From Sminthopsis crassicaudata (Eukaryota): 64,000 nucleotides of DNA. Position 1 is the stretch's first letter. Every line of letters starts with the position of its first letter. The notes beneath the pieces are model-generated. The model saw only the letters and a program-made list of their open reading frames with translations. It ran no database searches and was not told where the DNA came from. The stretch spans positions 196,509,198 to 196,573,197 of the forward strand of contig NC_133622.1 of assembly GCF_048593235.1 (NCBI RefSeq), given 5' to 3'. The position numbers and the translations under genes are program-made. Below are positions 25,261-38,160 of the stretch, piece by piece.

Positions 25261-26040
25261 CATCATATAGAGTTTTCTATCCTTTCTTGTCTTCTTTGAA
25301 AAGTCTTCTGTTATTCTAATTGTATCTTCCTCATAAATTACTTTTTTTTTTTTTTTTTGCTTTGGTCAAGTAGCAAAATTTTTCCTTAAAAATTTAATAT
25401 GTCTAGATCTGATAAATATTGGGGGTTCTTAGGAGGTCTTTTGAACTCTATTGATCATTATTTTTAGTAATTCCAGGAAAATTTCTTTGATGATTTCCTG
25501 AAACATAATATTCTAATTATTCCTTTTTCTAAGTTCTTTTAGGTTCTATAGTTTTAGATATGATATGGTATTATGATCTATCCTCCCTGGATATTATTTA
25601 AATCTGTTCTTTTCAATAGTTTTCATAATACAGCAGCTTTTTAAAATTTATTAGTTTTCAACATTTACTTTGATAATATTTTGATTTTCATTTTTCTTCC
25701 TCCTTCCTCCCCAAGACATCAATCAATCTGACACAGATTATACATGTACAATCATATTAAACATATTTCCACATTATTCATCTTGTGAAAGCACAATCAG
25801 AACAGAAGGGAAAAAACCATAAGAAATAAAAAATAACAAAAAAAATAGTATATTTTGATCTACATTCAGATTCCATTGTTCTTTTTCTGGATATGGATGG
25901 CAATTTCCACCATGAGTCTTTTGGGGCTATTTTATATCATTGTGTTGCTGAGAAGAGCAAAGTCAATCAAAGTTGATCATCTGTACAATATTGTACAGAG
26001 TGTTTTTAACCTTACGTTGTGTGCCATTCCATTGTCCCCT
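25260..26040 (-). mobile_element. Old L1 fragments (ORF1-like 25260-25680; 3'UTR 25680-26040)
   Basis: 'gtaattccaggaaaattttctttgatgatttcctg' and 'acatgtacaatcatattaaacatatttccacatt...tctttttctggatatggatggc'. Confidence 0.6.
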
Positions 26041-26649
26041 GTGGTAAGTCCATTATTTGTTGCTTTTTTTGAGATCTTCAATCATATTATCTGTATTTGT
26101 CATTTCCTTCATTATTTCTGTTTACCCTTTTTTATTGTTTAACTCATGTTCTCCTGTTTGATTTTCTTCTTTATTTTTTTGATCCTGTGATTTTCTTAGC
26201 ATTATGAATTCCTGCTTTTCTTCTATCCTGCTCATAAGAAGGTGAAGGTTTACTAAAATGCCATCTGACTTCCTCGATTTTATTAACATCAATCCTATCT
26301 ATAATGCCACTACATTGTATAAATAGATATATTTTAGTAATTAAAAGGAGATTCTAACTCAACCTCCCCCCCAAAAAAAAATCAGTAGATAATATTATAA
26401 ATCCTAGGACCATAAATTTTGAGCTAGAAGGAATGTTAGAGGCCTTTAAGTCCAACTTCCCTCCCTCCATCTTATATATGAATAAAATGAGGTTCAAAGG
26501 GGTTAAGAGACTTTCTTGGGTCATAAAGCAAGTAAGCATGCAAAGCAGGGTTGGAATTCAGATCTTCTTAACTTAAAGCCCAGATTTCTATTCATTATGA
26601 CACCTAGCTACCTTGATTTATAAAAATGTTAGATACCACAGAAGAATTA

Positions 26650-27420
26650 ATGACACAAATTAACAAAAAAGAATAAACATAGTACAAAAATGTCAAATGG
26701 ATAATAAATAAAGCCAAAAAATGCCCAGTTATGTCACAGAATTTTGAAACTAATTTATAGCAGTGCAAGATAAAGACTTGGAAGATAAATCAAAAAGATC
26801 AGCTTAGATTAATCAGAATGCTAGGGGATTTCAAAAATAAAATAAAGCCAGAAATCATATTGAAAAAAATTGAAAAAATCCTCAGAACATTCAAGAGCAA
26901 GAAGCATTCCACAAAGTAGACAGAATTCAAAGAAACCAAATGTGAAGATATTTAAATATCAAATCTCAAAATTATACAATGCGGAACTTTAGAATGAAAA
27001 AAGCAAAGAAAGAATGGAAAATAAATTACTTCTTTAAAATTATCAGTTAGAATCACAAAAGAGTTCTTAAAAGTAATATAATTTAAGATGGGTTTAAATA
27101 ATAAAATCGATCAACAGTCTTTACAAAGCTAAATCTAGTAGTTCAGACAGAATACTAAAAAATCAACAAACTTGTGTATTTTAATTGCAGGCAGGAAAAT
27201 GTCATACAAAAATCAACAAGATGATTTTTTTTTTAAATCTACAAAATGAAAAGCTCTCTACAAGAAATCAGACAGAAATTCTAGGTCAATGGAAAAATAT
27301 TAGCTCAACAATAATATGAAATAATTTTTTAAAAAATAAATATCATTTGATTAAAATGTAGATTAAAATGATTATTATAACTAACAAAAAAGAGTTCAGA
27401 GTTTATATATGTATATGTTT
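26650..27420 (+). mobile_element. Degenerate L1/HAL1 ORF1 remnant
   Basis: 26775-26825 translates with one frameshift as DLEDKSKR/DQLRLIRM, similar to the conserved L1 ORF1 motif DLENRSRRDNLRIIG. Confidence 0.55.
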
Positions 27421-28849
27421 TAAATATTTGCTATCCATGTTAAGTACTCATTTTACATGTTTTAGGTACACATTTGACTTGGATACATATTAATATTATA
27501 TATGTTGGTACTGTTTTAACAAAAAAGATATTTAAGTATATAAGAATATATTGAACACACACACATATACACACAACCCTCATAGAATTCAACTTTAAAT
27601 GTTTGTTTTGTTCTCTGGATGGCATATTTTTTTCCTGCCTGACCACAATTAAGAAAAAATATTTTTGGTAAATACTGGATCTGTATATATATGTATATTT
27701 AAATTATAGTTCAGTACAAAAGGACAGTAAAACCCAGAGTGGACATTTAGTCTGTTACAATATGACTTAATAATGACTACTTGCAAGTTACATGTTAGTT
27801 GTTTGTGTTCCTCTACCAGAGTTGAAAAACAGAGGGTAAATGAAAAGGGCAATAATGTCCTGGCTAAATTAAGGATAATTATTCATTTTTAAAGGGTAAT
27901 GTCTAAACAGAATGTTTCCTCTTATACTAAGTGTTAGAATATTCCATTCCCTCTCATTTTCATTTGAGTGTGAAGGGAAAATAAATCAGAGTCTACCTAA
28001 AGGAATGTATATATAGTGATGGGATGGCAACTACTAAAAACAGAAGGGAGAAAGCTGGAAAAATGGAAGTAGCAATACTGGAAGAGAGGAAAAGAATTCT
28101 GTACCTTCTGCCCTCATCTCACTCTAGGAAAATGATTGGGGAATCTTTGATATTCATTCTCACTTTGTCTGAAAAACTACATGTATTAGGAAACTGAGAA
28201 AATAATGAAGGGAACGATAGAACAGCCCACCCCTCCCTTTAATTGGCAGAGGAGAGCAAGCAAAACAAGCAAGGAAATCTGAAATCAGAAGATATAACGC
28301 TGCTTCTACTCCACTAGCTACCTTTAAATCCTTGAAGAAATCATTTAACCTCACAGGGTTATAGTTTCTGAGGGAAATTAACAAAATAATTAACACTCCT
28401 TACTCAAACCTAATATCTTATGATCCATTTTTTTTAATGGTGAGCCAAAAACCAACATACATATTCATCAAAAAAATATATAATGAGATTTATAACTGTG
28501 AGTATCCTCAGTGATTATTTAGTTCAGCTCCCTCAATTTACAAAGGGGGAAACTCAGGGCCAGGGAAGAGGTTTCCCCAAGGTCATATAGATAAGAAGTT
28601 ACAAAGAAGGGATTTATACTCAAGTGTTCTGGTTCTAATTACATTTGTCTTGCCAGTACTCTACATTGTTAATTTGAAGTCGCAAAGAATCATAATCATA
28701 AATTTATTTTTTTAATTTAGTTAGCTAATTAATTTTCATAAACATATTTGCACAAAATTAAAAGATTTTCATCACCCTAGGAAATATCAAAAACAAAATG
28801 TAGTTGGAAAAGATGCCAGAAAAAAAACCAAATAAGTTTTTATTGATGT

Positions 28850-29290
28850 TTTCTCTTTCTTACTTCACCATACTTATCCCATTTATCTCTCTGTCTCTCC
28901 CTTGCTGAGAATCATCCTATATGGAAAATATCATTTTTAAAGAAAAAAAAATAAATCAGCACAACTGATCAATAGACTAAAATATGTCAGAAAACATATG
29001 CAAACATAACACCTATGAACTTGCCACTTCCATGAATGGGTGGATTGAGGATGTCTTCTCACATATCTTCAGGAAAGCCCTGCTTGATAGTTAAAATTTT
29101 GTCCTGCTTGCTTTGTATGTGCGTTTTTTCCTTTTACATTGTTAGAGTTACTGTGCCTATTGTTTCTTTGGTTCTGCTCACTTCACTCTGTATCAGTTCA
29201 TATGGTTGTCTAAATTCATCACATACATCATTTCTTACAGCAGAGGAATATTTCATTACATTCATTTATCAAATTTATCAAATTAAGTTT
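28850..29290 (-). mobile_element. Old L1 3' fragment
   Basis: 'gttctgctcacttcactctgtatcagttcatat...catcatttcttacagc...atttcattacattc'. Confidence 0.7.
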
Positions 29291-30099
29291 GAGGGCAATG
29301 AATTCTACCATTAAAAGAAAGAGTTGAGCAGCAACCATGGTTTTGTAGGTAGAGAATCAGATTCAGAGACAAGAAGAACAATGTCCTAGTCATATTTTCA
29401 ATATATATTGTCTATGTGATTCTGAGTAAGTTACATGATTTCTTAATGGTCCAGTACTCTCTGCCAGAGCGCATGCTGATCTTTATTGGTAAAAAGAAGT
29501 TTTCTTCACTGAGAATTTCCCATACCAATGAAATCAAAGATTTAGAAAAGAAACAAAATTTACAAAAAGAACTAAAAAAATGAATAAATCAACTGCTTAA
29601 ATCTGCCCATTTCTAAGGTCCTTAGATATAAATATCATTCTTTTGGTCTCTTTTCTCTCACTAAGATTTTTCTTCAAGAATCATTTTGGCTGCATTTCAG
29701 ATTTTAAATATATGATATCCATATTGACCTCTATTATCTTTAATTAATAAACAACATATTGAATGACAGAAAAGGTATCTCCAAAGTTTATAATAATGGG
29801 CTAAATCAAAGAAGAACAAAAGTTTAAAAAGTAACTGTAAAGTTATTATAGTTTGATTCTAGAAATCATATACATGAATATGGGATGGTGGATATTTGGT
29901 GAGAAATAGTTCATGTGAAAGACCTGAGATCTAAGATGGTTCCAAGTTCTAGATGAGTCAAGAATGTGACAATAAAGCTCAGAAAATTGACTCATGCTTG
30001 CACAAGTTAAAGCACAATTAAAAGGAATTGAAAATTTCACTGTCCTCATCATTTGTCCCTCCAAATTTCACCAAGTTCTTCATTTTCAAGGAGGACCCC

Positions 30100-30810
30100 A
30101 TCTAGGTCTTTCAAAAGATTCTTTTGACTGCCATTTCCATACAGCATAAAGTATTCAGGTTAGGTATTGAACTTTCAGAAAGGTATTGATAAAGTGGAGC
30201 ACATCCAAAGAAGAGCAATTTGACTAGTGGAGAGCCCTAAGGAACTGTGCTTAGTCCCATAGTCTTTGAGTTCAATGAGTTAATAGTGTGACATGGAAGC
30301 CCAAAGGATTAATGCACTATTAAATTGCACTGAGAGGCAGAGTATCCAGAAGTAGGAAGGTAATAATACTCCTGTACTCTATTCTAGTCAGAATACATTT
30401 GAAGTTTTATGCTCAGTTTTGAAAATTGAACATATTTTTAAAAACACACTGAAATTTGGATTGCATCTAACAGAAGGTAATCAGGATGGTGAATGCATAT
30501 ACAAAGAAGGATCTTGTAAGGAACTAGGCAAATCTCTGTCTAGAAGACAGAACTTGGTGAAGGTGAAAAGACCTAAAGATATCTTCAAGTATTGGGAGAC
30601 TGTATCATATGGAAAAGGAAATAAATTTCTTCTGCTTGTCTTCAAAGGGTATCAGGAACAGTTGGGAAAAGTTTCAAAGACTCAATTTACACTAGATATA
30701 AGAAAAACTTCCTGACAGATTCATCCATTAGATTGGATGATTGTGAGTTTGTCCTTACTAAAAGTCTTTAAACAAAGTCTAATTACTGATTGTTAGGTAA
30801 GTTATAGAGG
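30100..30810 (+). mobile_element. L3/CR1 LINE fragments
   Basis: 'ggtattgataaagtggagcacatccaaagaagagc', 'ggtaataatactcctgtactctattctagtcagaatac', 'gatataagaaaaacttcctgacag'. ORF 30419-30715 is a frameshifted CR1 RT tail. Confidence 0.7.
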
Positions 30811-30818
30811 GAATTTAT

Positions 30819-30958
30819 TCCCCTGAGGCAATTGGGGTTAAGTGACTTGTCTAGGGTCACACAGCTAGGAAGTGTTAAGTGTCTGAGATTACATTTGAAC
30901 TCAGGTCCTCTGGACTTCAGGGCTGGTGCTCTCTCCACTGTGCCACCTAGCTGCCCCT
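30819..30958 (-). mobile_element. WSINE1-type SINE
   Basis: Reverse complement reads 'ggggcagctaggtggcacagtggagagagcaccagccctgaagtcc...ttaaccccaattgcctcagggg'. Confidence 0.9.
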
Positions 30959-31067
30959 AGAGAGGCAGAAAAACACTGGGTTAGATGGCTTTTAAAATTC
31001 CTTAATCAGAGATTCTTGACTAGAATTGTGAGGGGACTTGAAATTATGCCATTCAAGAAAGAATTGA

Positions 31068-31234
31068 GGGGCAGCTAGGTGGCACAGTGGAGAGAGCACC
31101 AGCCCTGAATTCAGGAGGACTTGAGTTCAAATGTGGTCTCAGACACTTAACACTTCCTAGCTGTGTGACCCTGGTCAAGTCACTTAACCCCAGCCTCAGG
31201 GGGAAAAAAAAAAAAAAAAAGAAAGAAAGAAAAA
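31068..31234 (+). mobile_element. WSINE1-type SINE
   Basis: Full head to A-tail. 13-bp TSD 'aagaaagaattga' at 31055-31067 and 31235-31247. Confidence 0.92.
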
Positions 31235-32742
31235 AAGAAAGAATTGAAATAGCCCGGTACATTTAACCTCAAGAAAAGCAAACACAGAGGGAAATAAAAA
31301 TTCTTCAAATATGAAAAAGGTCACATAGAAGAGAAATGACTCCCATTCTACTTGGCCAAAGATGATAAAGTTGTGAAGAATGGGTAGAAATTCCAGAGAG
31401 ATTAATTGTAGCTTGATATAAAGAAAAAACACGACCTGAACTGCAACTGCCCCCAAACATAATCACTAGAGAGGGGTTCACTGATTGTTAAAGCTGGTAG
31501 GAATTTTAGAGTTTTTCTAGTCCAAAACACTCATCATTTTATTTGTTTCAGATGAGGAGGTTGAAGCCCAGAGAGACCATGCATTGCTCATAGTTATATG
31601 TTATTGATGTATCTAGGAATCAAACTCATTTCTCCTTATTCCTTGCTTATGGTTCTTTCCACTAAACTAAATACAAGTTGGATGGCCACTTGAGGATACT
31701 GTAAAAGAAATTCCTGGTGAGATATGGATTAGACTAGATGACCTTTGAGCTCCATTCCCACTCCAGAATTCTGTGATTCATACATCACTGATGAAAATGC
31801 AAATTAATGGAAACTTTTTGGAGAGCAGTCCAGCTAGCTATTCTCTGCAAATATATTAAAAATAATTATACCCTTTGCCCCAGTAATCTTATGATTGGAG
31901 ACATACTCTAAGAACATTGTCAAAAAGGAAATAATTATATGTTAAAATATATAAAGAAGAAGTATTGGAAATTGTGACAAAAGAGATATAATACTGCAGA
32001 ATTGAACACTAGGAATTGCATAGGGTTGCAGAGACAAATACATGAATTTAGGGTAGCAAAAATAAGAAACAAAAAGAAATGGGAAAAGACATATTAAGCA
32101 GCGTGAATCAAAGACTGGAGAACAAAATGATCAGCTGATAAATTCCCAGCAACTATATAAAACTGAGTGTGTGTGTGTATGTGTGTGTAACTACAATATA
32201 TGTAACTACAATGGGCAAAGTTTGACACAGAGGGAGAGGAAAATAGATAAGTTTTTTTTTTAAATCTATGTGCTGAAATTCCTTTAAGATTCTTTAAAAT
32301 TTAAAAGTAAAATTTAATTTTAAATCCCACTCAGTTTTGTTGTTGTTTAAAGTTAATTTAATTTTATTTTTTAAAGGCAACATGTGATCTATTCAGGAAT
32401 ATGCAATATATGCACATATCCACAAAGTAGCCTGCATTTACAAAGCTAGAGAATAAGTGAATAAAAAGAGGTGATCAGATGAACAGACATTATTGGTGCT
32501 CTATAAAAGGATGTGCTGGTGGGGAGAGATCCCAAAGATGGAAAGGACTATTATCAAAGGCAGGGTTTCTTGAAAAAGAAAGCCCTGATTCCTTAGGTGC
32601 TGGTGTTGGAAAGTTACCCCTAGAGTTTAAGAAATATTTTACTTGGTGGGGAACCTTGAACTCTCATGAGCTACCATATCATACCACTTTGATCACCTAG
32701 AAAAATGTCATATTGTACTAGATGAGCTCTTAATCTAATTAA

Positions 32743-34237
32743 GCTTGATTTCTTATAAATTAGAGTCAATTCTCTGTATATTTTGGAGATGAGGCCTTTA
32801 TCAGAACCTTTAACTCTAAAAAGGTTTTCCCAATTTGTTACTTCCCTTCTAATCTTGTTTGCATTAGTTTTGTTTGTACAAAAGCTTCTTAATTTGATGT
32901 AATCAAAATTTTCTATTTTGTGATCAATAATGATCTCTAGTTCTCCTTTGGTCACAAATTCCTTCCTCCTCCACAAGTCTGAGAGGTAAACTATCCTATT
33001 TTCCTCTAATTTATTTATGATCTTGTTCTTTATGCCTAAATCATGGACCCATTTTGATCTTATCTTAGTATGTGGTGTTAAGTGTGGGTCCATGCCTAGT
33101 TTCTGCCATACTAATTTCCAGTTTTCCCAGCAATTTTTGTCAAATAATGAATTCTTATCCCAAAAGTTGGGATCTTTGGGTTTGTCAAACACTAGATTTC
33201 TATTTTTATTCACTATCTTGTCCTGTGAACCTATCCTACTCCACTGAACAACTAGTCTATTTCTTAGCCAATACCAAATGGTTTTGGTGACTGCTGCTTT
33301 ATAATATAGTTCTAGATCAGGTACAGCTAGGCCACCTTCATTTGATATTTTTTCATTACTTCCCTTGAAATTCTCAACCTGTTGTTCTTCCCTATGAATT
33401 TTGTTGTTATTTCTTCTAGGTCATTAAAATAGTTTCTTGGGAGTCTGATTGGTATAGCACTAAATAAATAGATTAGTTTAGGGAGTATTGTCATCTTGAT
33501 TAAATTCGCTGGGCCTATCCAAGAGCACTTAATGTCTTTCCAATTATTTAAATCTGACTTTATTTTTGTGACAAGTGTTTTATAATTTTGCTCATATAAT
33601 TCCTGACTTTCCTTTGGTAGATATATTCCCAAATATTTTATGCTATCAACAGTTATTTTAAATGGAATTTCTCTTTGTATCTCTTGCTGTTGGATTGTGT
33701 TGGTAATGTATAAAAATGCTGAGGATTTATGTGGATTTATTTTGTATCCTGCAACTTTGCTAAAGTTCTGAATTATTTCTAATAGCTTTTTAGCAGAGCC
33801 TTTGGGGTTCTCAAAGTATACCATCATATCATCTGCAAAGAGTGATAGTTTGATTTCCTCATTACCTTCTCTAATTCCTTGAATCTCTTTCTCTGCTCTT
33901 ATTGCCAAAGCTAGCGTTTCTAGTACAATATTGAATAGTAATGGTGATAGTGGGCAACCTTGTTTCACTCCTGATCTTACTGGGAAAGGTTCCAGTTTAT
34001 CACCATTACATATGATTTTTACTGATGGTTTTAAATATATGCTCATTATTTTAAGGAATAATCCATTTATTCCTAGATTCTCAAGTGTTTTTAGTAGGAA
34101 TGGATGTTGGATTTTATCAAATGCTTTTTCTGCACCTATTGAGATGATCATATGGTTTTTGTTAATTTGGTTATTGATATAGTCGATTATGCTAATAGTT
34201 TTCCTAATATTGAATCAACCTTGCATTCCTGGTATAA
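32743..34237 (-). mobile_element. L1 ORF2 internal fragment (RT domain to near C-terminus), frameshifted
   Basis: ORF 33327-34151 contains the RT motifs [14 protein letters not shown] and [13 protein letters not shown] 32671-33213 continues ORF2 (LVFDKPKDPNFWDKNSLFDKNCWENWK) in another frame. Confidence 0.97.
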
Positions 34238-34429
34238 CAACTGTTAAATTTTCAATGAGAACATTTATAATTCAGAAGTTGGCATATGCTACAAAACTGG
34301 GCTTGACTTCAAGGGCCGTAAGTGTGCCAATCCCTGAACTGAAATTTAAGGAAGTGATGGAGAAATGCATATTAAATTGAAAACTATGGTGACCATATCT
34401 TCTCTCCCCTCCTTCCCTGAAACACCTAG

Positions 34430-34850
34430 TGTTCTCTTTTCAATTTCCTGCTATCAGTCCAATATTAGTTTCCTCTGATGGAGCATTACTATCTACCTCT
34501 TGTTCCCTAAAGCTCTGTTATTTACCCTTTCCTGTTCATTAAGGCTGTTATCATTTCTAATGAGTTCAGTGATTATCTCTATGAAAATAATTCCCAAGTC
34601 TACAAATCCAGCCTCTAATCCATCTTATACACTTTCAACAAGCTACTGAACATCTCTTAGATGTCCCACTGGAATTTCAAATTCAACTTTCAACATTATT
34701 TTACCCTAAAACCACCCCTCTTCCAATATTTTCTATTTCAGTTGAGGCACCTGCCATCCTCACAATAGCCTATATCCATAGCCACAGAATCATCCTTGAA
34801 TCTTCCCTTCTGTTCACCCCATATATCCAATCAATTCTTAAGTTAATGCA
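34430..34850 (+). mobile_element. L2 LINE fragment
   Basis: 'tctagatgtcccactggaatttcaaattcaac', 'gaatcatccttgaatcttcccttctgttcaccccatatatccaatc'. Confidence 0.7.
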
Positions 34851-35211
34851 ATTCAAAAAGCATATATCACAGTGCATATACTTCTTATATGTATAAGATC
34901 CTGGAGATACAACACAAAAATAAAATTGATCCTTCTCTCAAGGAATCTACATTAAGCATAAATATCTATGAAATATATGCAAAGATAATATCAATGCTAC
35001 CTTTATGATATTAAAAGCATTCATTCCTTGTTCTCCACTACTGTAGTTTATTTAGGTCTATCACCTCTGCTCTGGACTATTATAATTGCTTTCATAGTTT
35101 CATACAAATCCTTTTTCCCATACTTCATTATTTATGTAAATGTTCATATTTATTGGTGTTACATACAGAATTACAAAAAGATAAAAAGTATTCTTTAAAA
35201 AGTTACCTTTT

Positions 35212-36230
35212 CTATAGAAAATTGACTCAAATTTATACTAGTTCAAGCCATTCTCCAATTGATAAATGGTCAAAGAATATGAACAGACAATTTGCAGATG
35301 AAAAAATTGAAACTATTTGTAGCCACATGAAAAGGACTTCCAAATCAAAATTGATCAGAGAAATGCAAATTAAGACAACTCTGAGATATCATTACACACC
35401 TGTAAGATTTGCTAAGGTGACAGGAAAAGATAATGATGACTGTTGGAGGGGATGTGGGAAAACTGGGACACTGATACATTGTTGTGAAACTGTGAATGGA
35501 AATTCTGGAAAGCAATTTGGAACTATGCTCAAAAAGTTATCAAACTGTGCATACCCTTTGATTCAACATGTTTCTACGGGGATTATATCCCAAAGAGATT
35601 CTAAAGGATGGAAAGGGACCCACATTTGCAAAAATGTTTGTGGCAGCCCTTTTTGTAGTGGCTAGAAACTGGAAACTGAGTGAATATCTATCAATTAGAG
35701 AATGGCTGAATAAATTATGGTATATAAATGCTATGGAATACTATTGTTCTGTAAGAAATGACCAGCAGGATGATTTCAGAGAGGTTTGGAGAGACGAACA
35801 TGAACTAATGCTAAGTAAAATGAGCAGAACCAGGAGATCATTATACATGGCAACAACAAGACAATATGACAATTAATTCTGACAGACATGGCTCTCTTCA
35901 ATATTGAGATGATTTAAACCAGTAAATCAGTTCCACTTGTGCAGTGATGAAGAAAGCTATCTACACCCAGAGAGAGAACCATGGGAACAGAGTGTGGAAC
36001 ACAACACAACATTATCACTCTCTCTGTTATTATTTGCTTGCATTCTGTTTTCTTTCTCAATTTTTCTTTTTCTTCCTTCTTTATCTGATTTTTCTTATAC
36101 AACAAAATAACTATATAAATATGTATACATATATTGGATCTAACATGTATTTCAACATATTTAACATGTATTGGACTAGCTGCAAGCTAGGGGAAAGGTG
36201 GATTTAAGAGGGGAGAATTTGAAATTAAAG
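35212..36230 (+). mobile_element. L1 LINE 3' portion
   Basis: ORFs 35153-35665 and 35568-35876 encode the ORF2 C-terminus (PIDKWSKNMNRQF, CWRGCGKTGTLIHC). The 3'UTR follows. Confidence 0.95.
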
Positions 36231-36329
36231 ATATATGTATAATGTATATATTATAAATTATATATTATATGGGAGCCATCAAAACTATGTGGTACTAAGA
36301 AGTAAGATTAGTGGATCAATGTAATAGAT

Positions 36330-37770
36330 TAGGTTTACAAGACACAAAAGTCAATGGCTAAATGATCCAGTGTTGATAAACCCAAAGACTCCACCTTCTA
36401 GTATAAGAATTCCCTATTTGACAAAAATTGCTGGGAACTGGAAAATAGTATGGTAGAAACTAGGCACTGACTTACATCTAATACCCAAATATTAAGATAA
36501 AGTCAAAATGGGTTCATGATTTAGAGATTAAAAACTGATACTATAAGCAAATTAGGATAACAAGGTATAGGCTACTTCTCAGATTGTGGAAAAGAAAAGA
36601 ATTTGTGGCAAAAGAAGAGCTAGAGAACATTTTAAAACACAAAATGTATAGTTTTAATTACATTAAATTAAAAAGCTTTTGAATAAAAACCATTGCAGCC
36701 AAGATTGAAAAGGAAACAGAAAGATTTTTACAATCAGTATTTCTAAATTATATAGAGAACTGACTCAAATTTATGAGAATGCAAGGCATTCCCCAATTGA
36801 TAAATGGTCAAAGGATACAAACAAACAATTTTCAGATGAGGAAATCACAGCCATTTCTAGTCATATGAAAAATGCTTTTTAAATCCCTATTGATTAGAGA
36901 AACTTAAATTAAAGCAACTCTGAAGAATTACTTCACTCCTCTCATATTGGCTAAGATGACAGAAAAAAATAATGATGAATGTTGGATGGGATGTAGGAAA
37001 AGACACTAATGAATTGTTGGTTGAGTTATAAAATGATGCAACCATTCTAACGAGCAATTTGGAACTATGCCCCAAGTGCTATGCATACCCTTTGATCCAG
37101 CAGTATTTCTACTGGGTCTGTATTCCAAAGAGATCATAAAGAGGATAAAGGACCCATGTGTGCAAAAATGTTTGTAGCAGCTCTTTATGTAGTGGCAAGG
37201 AACTAAAAATTGAGTGGATTCCCACTAGTTGGAGAAGGGCTGAATAAGCTATAATTGGTGAATGTAATGGTATATTATTGTTCCATAGGAAATAATGAGC
37301 AAGCAGATTTCAGAAAAGCTTGGGAAGGCTTACATGAACTTATGCTAAATGAACTGAGCGGAACCAAGAGAACACTGATGTAGTAACAAAAGATTATGTA
37401 ATGATCCACTGTGATGAACTTGGCTCTTTTCAACAATGAGTTGATTCAAAACAATTCTAATAGTTGGGATGGAAAGTGTCATATACTGAATATAGATTGA
37501 AGAATAGTATTTTTACCTCTGTTGTTGCTGTTGTTTGTTTGCATGTGGTTTTTTCATTCTCGTGGATTTTTTTCGCTTTCAATCTGATTTTTCTTGCACA
37601 GTATGATAAATATGAAAATATGTTGCACATGCTTAACATATATCAGATTGCTTGCTCTCTTGGGAAGGGGCGGGGGGAGAGAGAGAAATTTGGGACACAA
37701 AGTTTTGCAAAGGTGATGTTGAAAACTATTTTTGCATGTATTTGGAAAAATAAAATACTATTTTAAAATT
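36330..37770 (+). mobile_element. Older L1 LINE 3' portion
   Basis: 'ccagtgttgataaacccaaagactcc', 'cccaattgataaatggtcaaaggatac', 3'UTR and 'ttggaaaaataaaatac' end. Confidence 0.92.
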
Positions 37771-37779
37771 GCCTTTTAA

Positions 37780-38160
37780 TTGATCTCTGTGTTTCTAGTT
37801 TCCCTTTTCCCCAGAATATATTCTTCAATCTATAACATATGGAAAATAACCTTTTCAAAATATCAATCTGACTATGTCACTCTACAGGTCAAAACTTCAG
37901 TAGTTCATTGTTACTTCTATTAAAAGGATAAAATCCTTAGCCTGGCTTTTAAGGCCCATTATTTTACATTGCCCCTTTTTGTCTACTTTACATTTCAGCC
38001 AAACCGTATACTAGCTATTCTTTGAACTTGACATTTGATCCCTTGTATGTATGTCTTTAAACAAGCAATTCCTGACCCCTTCCATTCTCAAACTAGCTTG
38101 TATTACATTTCTTGGTCTACATGTTATATTCCTCCAGTAGAATAAAAGTTCCTTGAGGTC
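37780..38160 (+). mobile_element. L2 LINE 3' fragment
   Basis: 'tctgactatgtcactc', 'ggataaaatccttagcctggcttttaaggccc', 'agaataaaagttccttgagg'. Confidence 0.65.

Noticed and set aside
31070-31085. CTCF-like CAGCTAGGTGGCAC in WSINE1 heads
   Set aside because: Two mismatches in the core, and shared by every copy of the SINE, so not locus-specific evidence.
32501-32510. Perfect TATA box CTATAAAAGG
   Set aside because: Lies in what looks like an L2 remnant, with no other promoter evidence.
33327-34151. 274-aa reverse transcriptase ORF as a domesticated gene or active element
   Set aside because: Ordinary L1 ORF2 fragment: no endonuclease domain, no ORF1 or promoter, and a frameshift near 33345.
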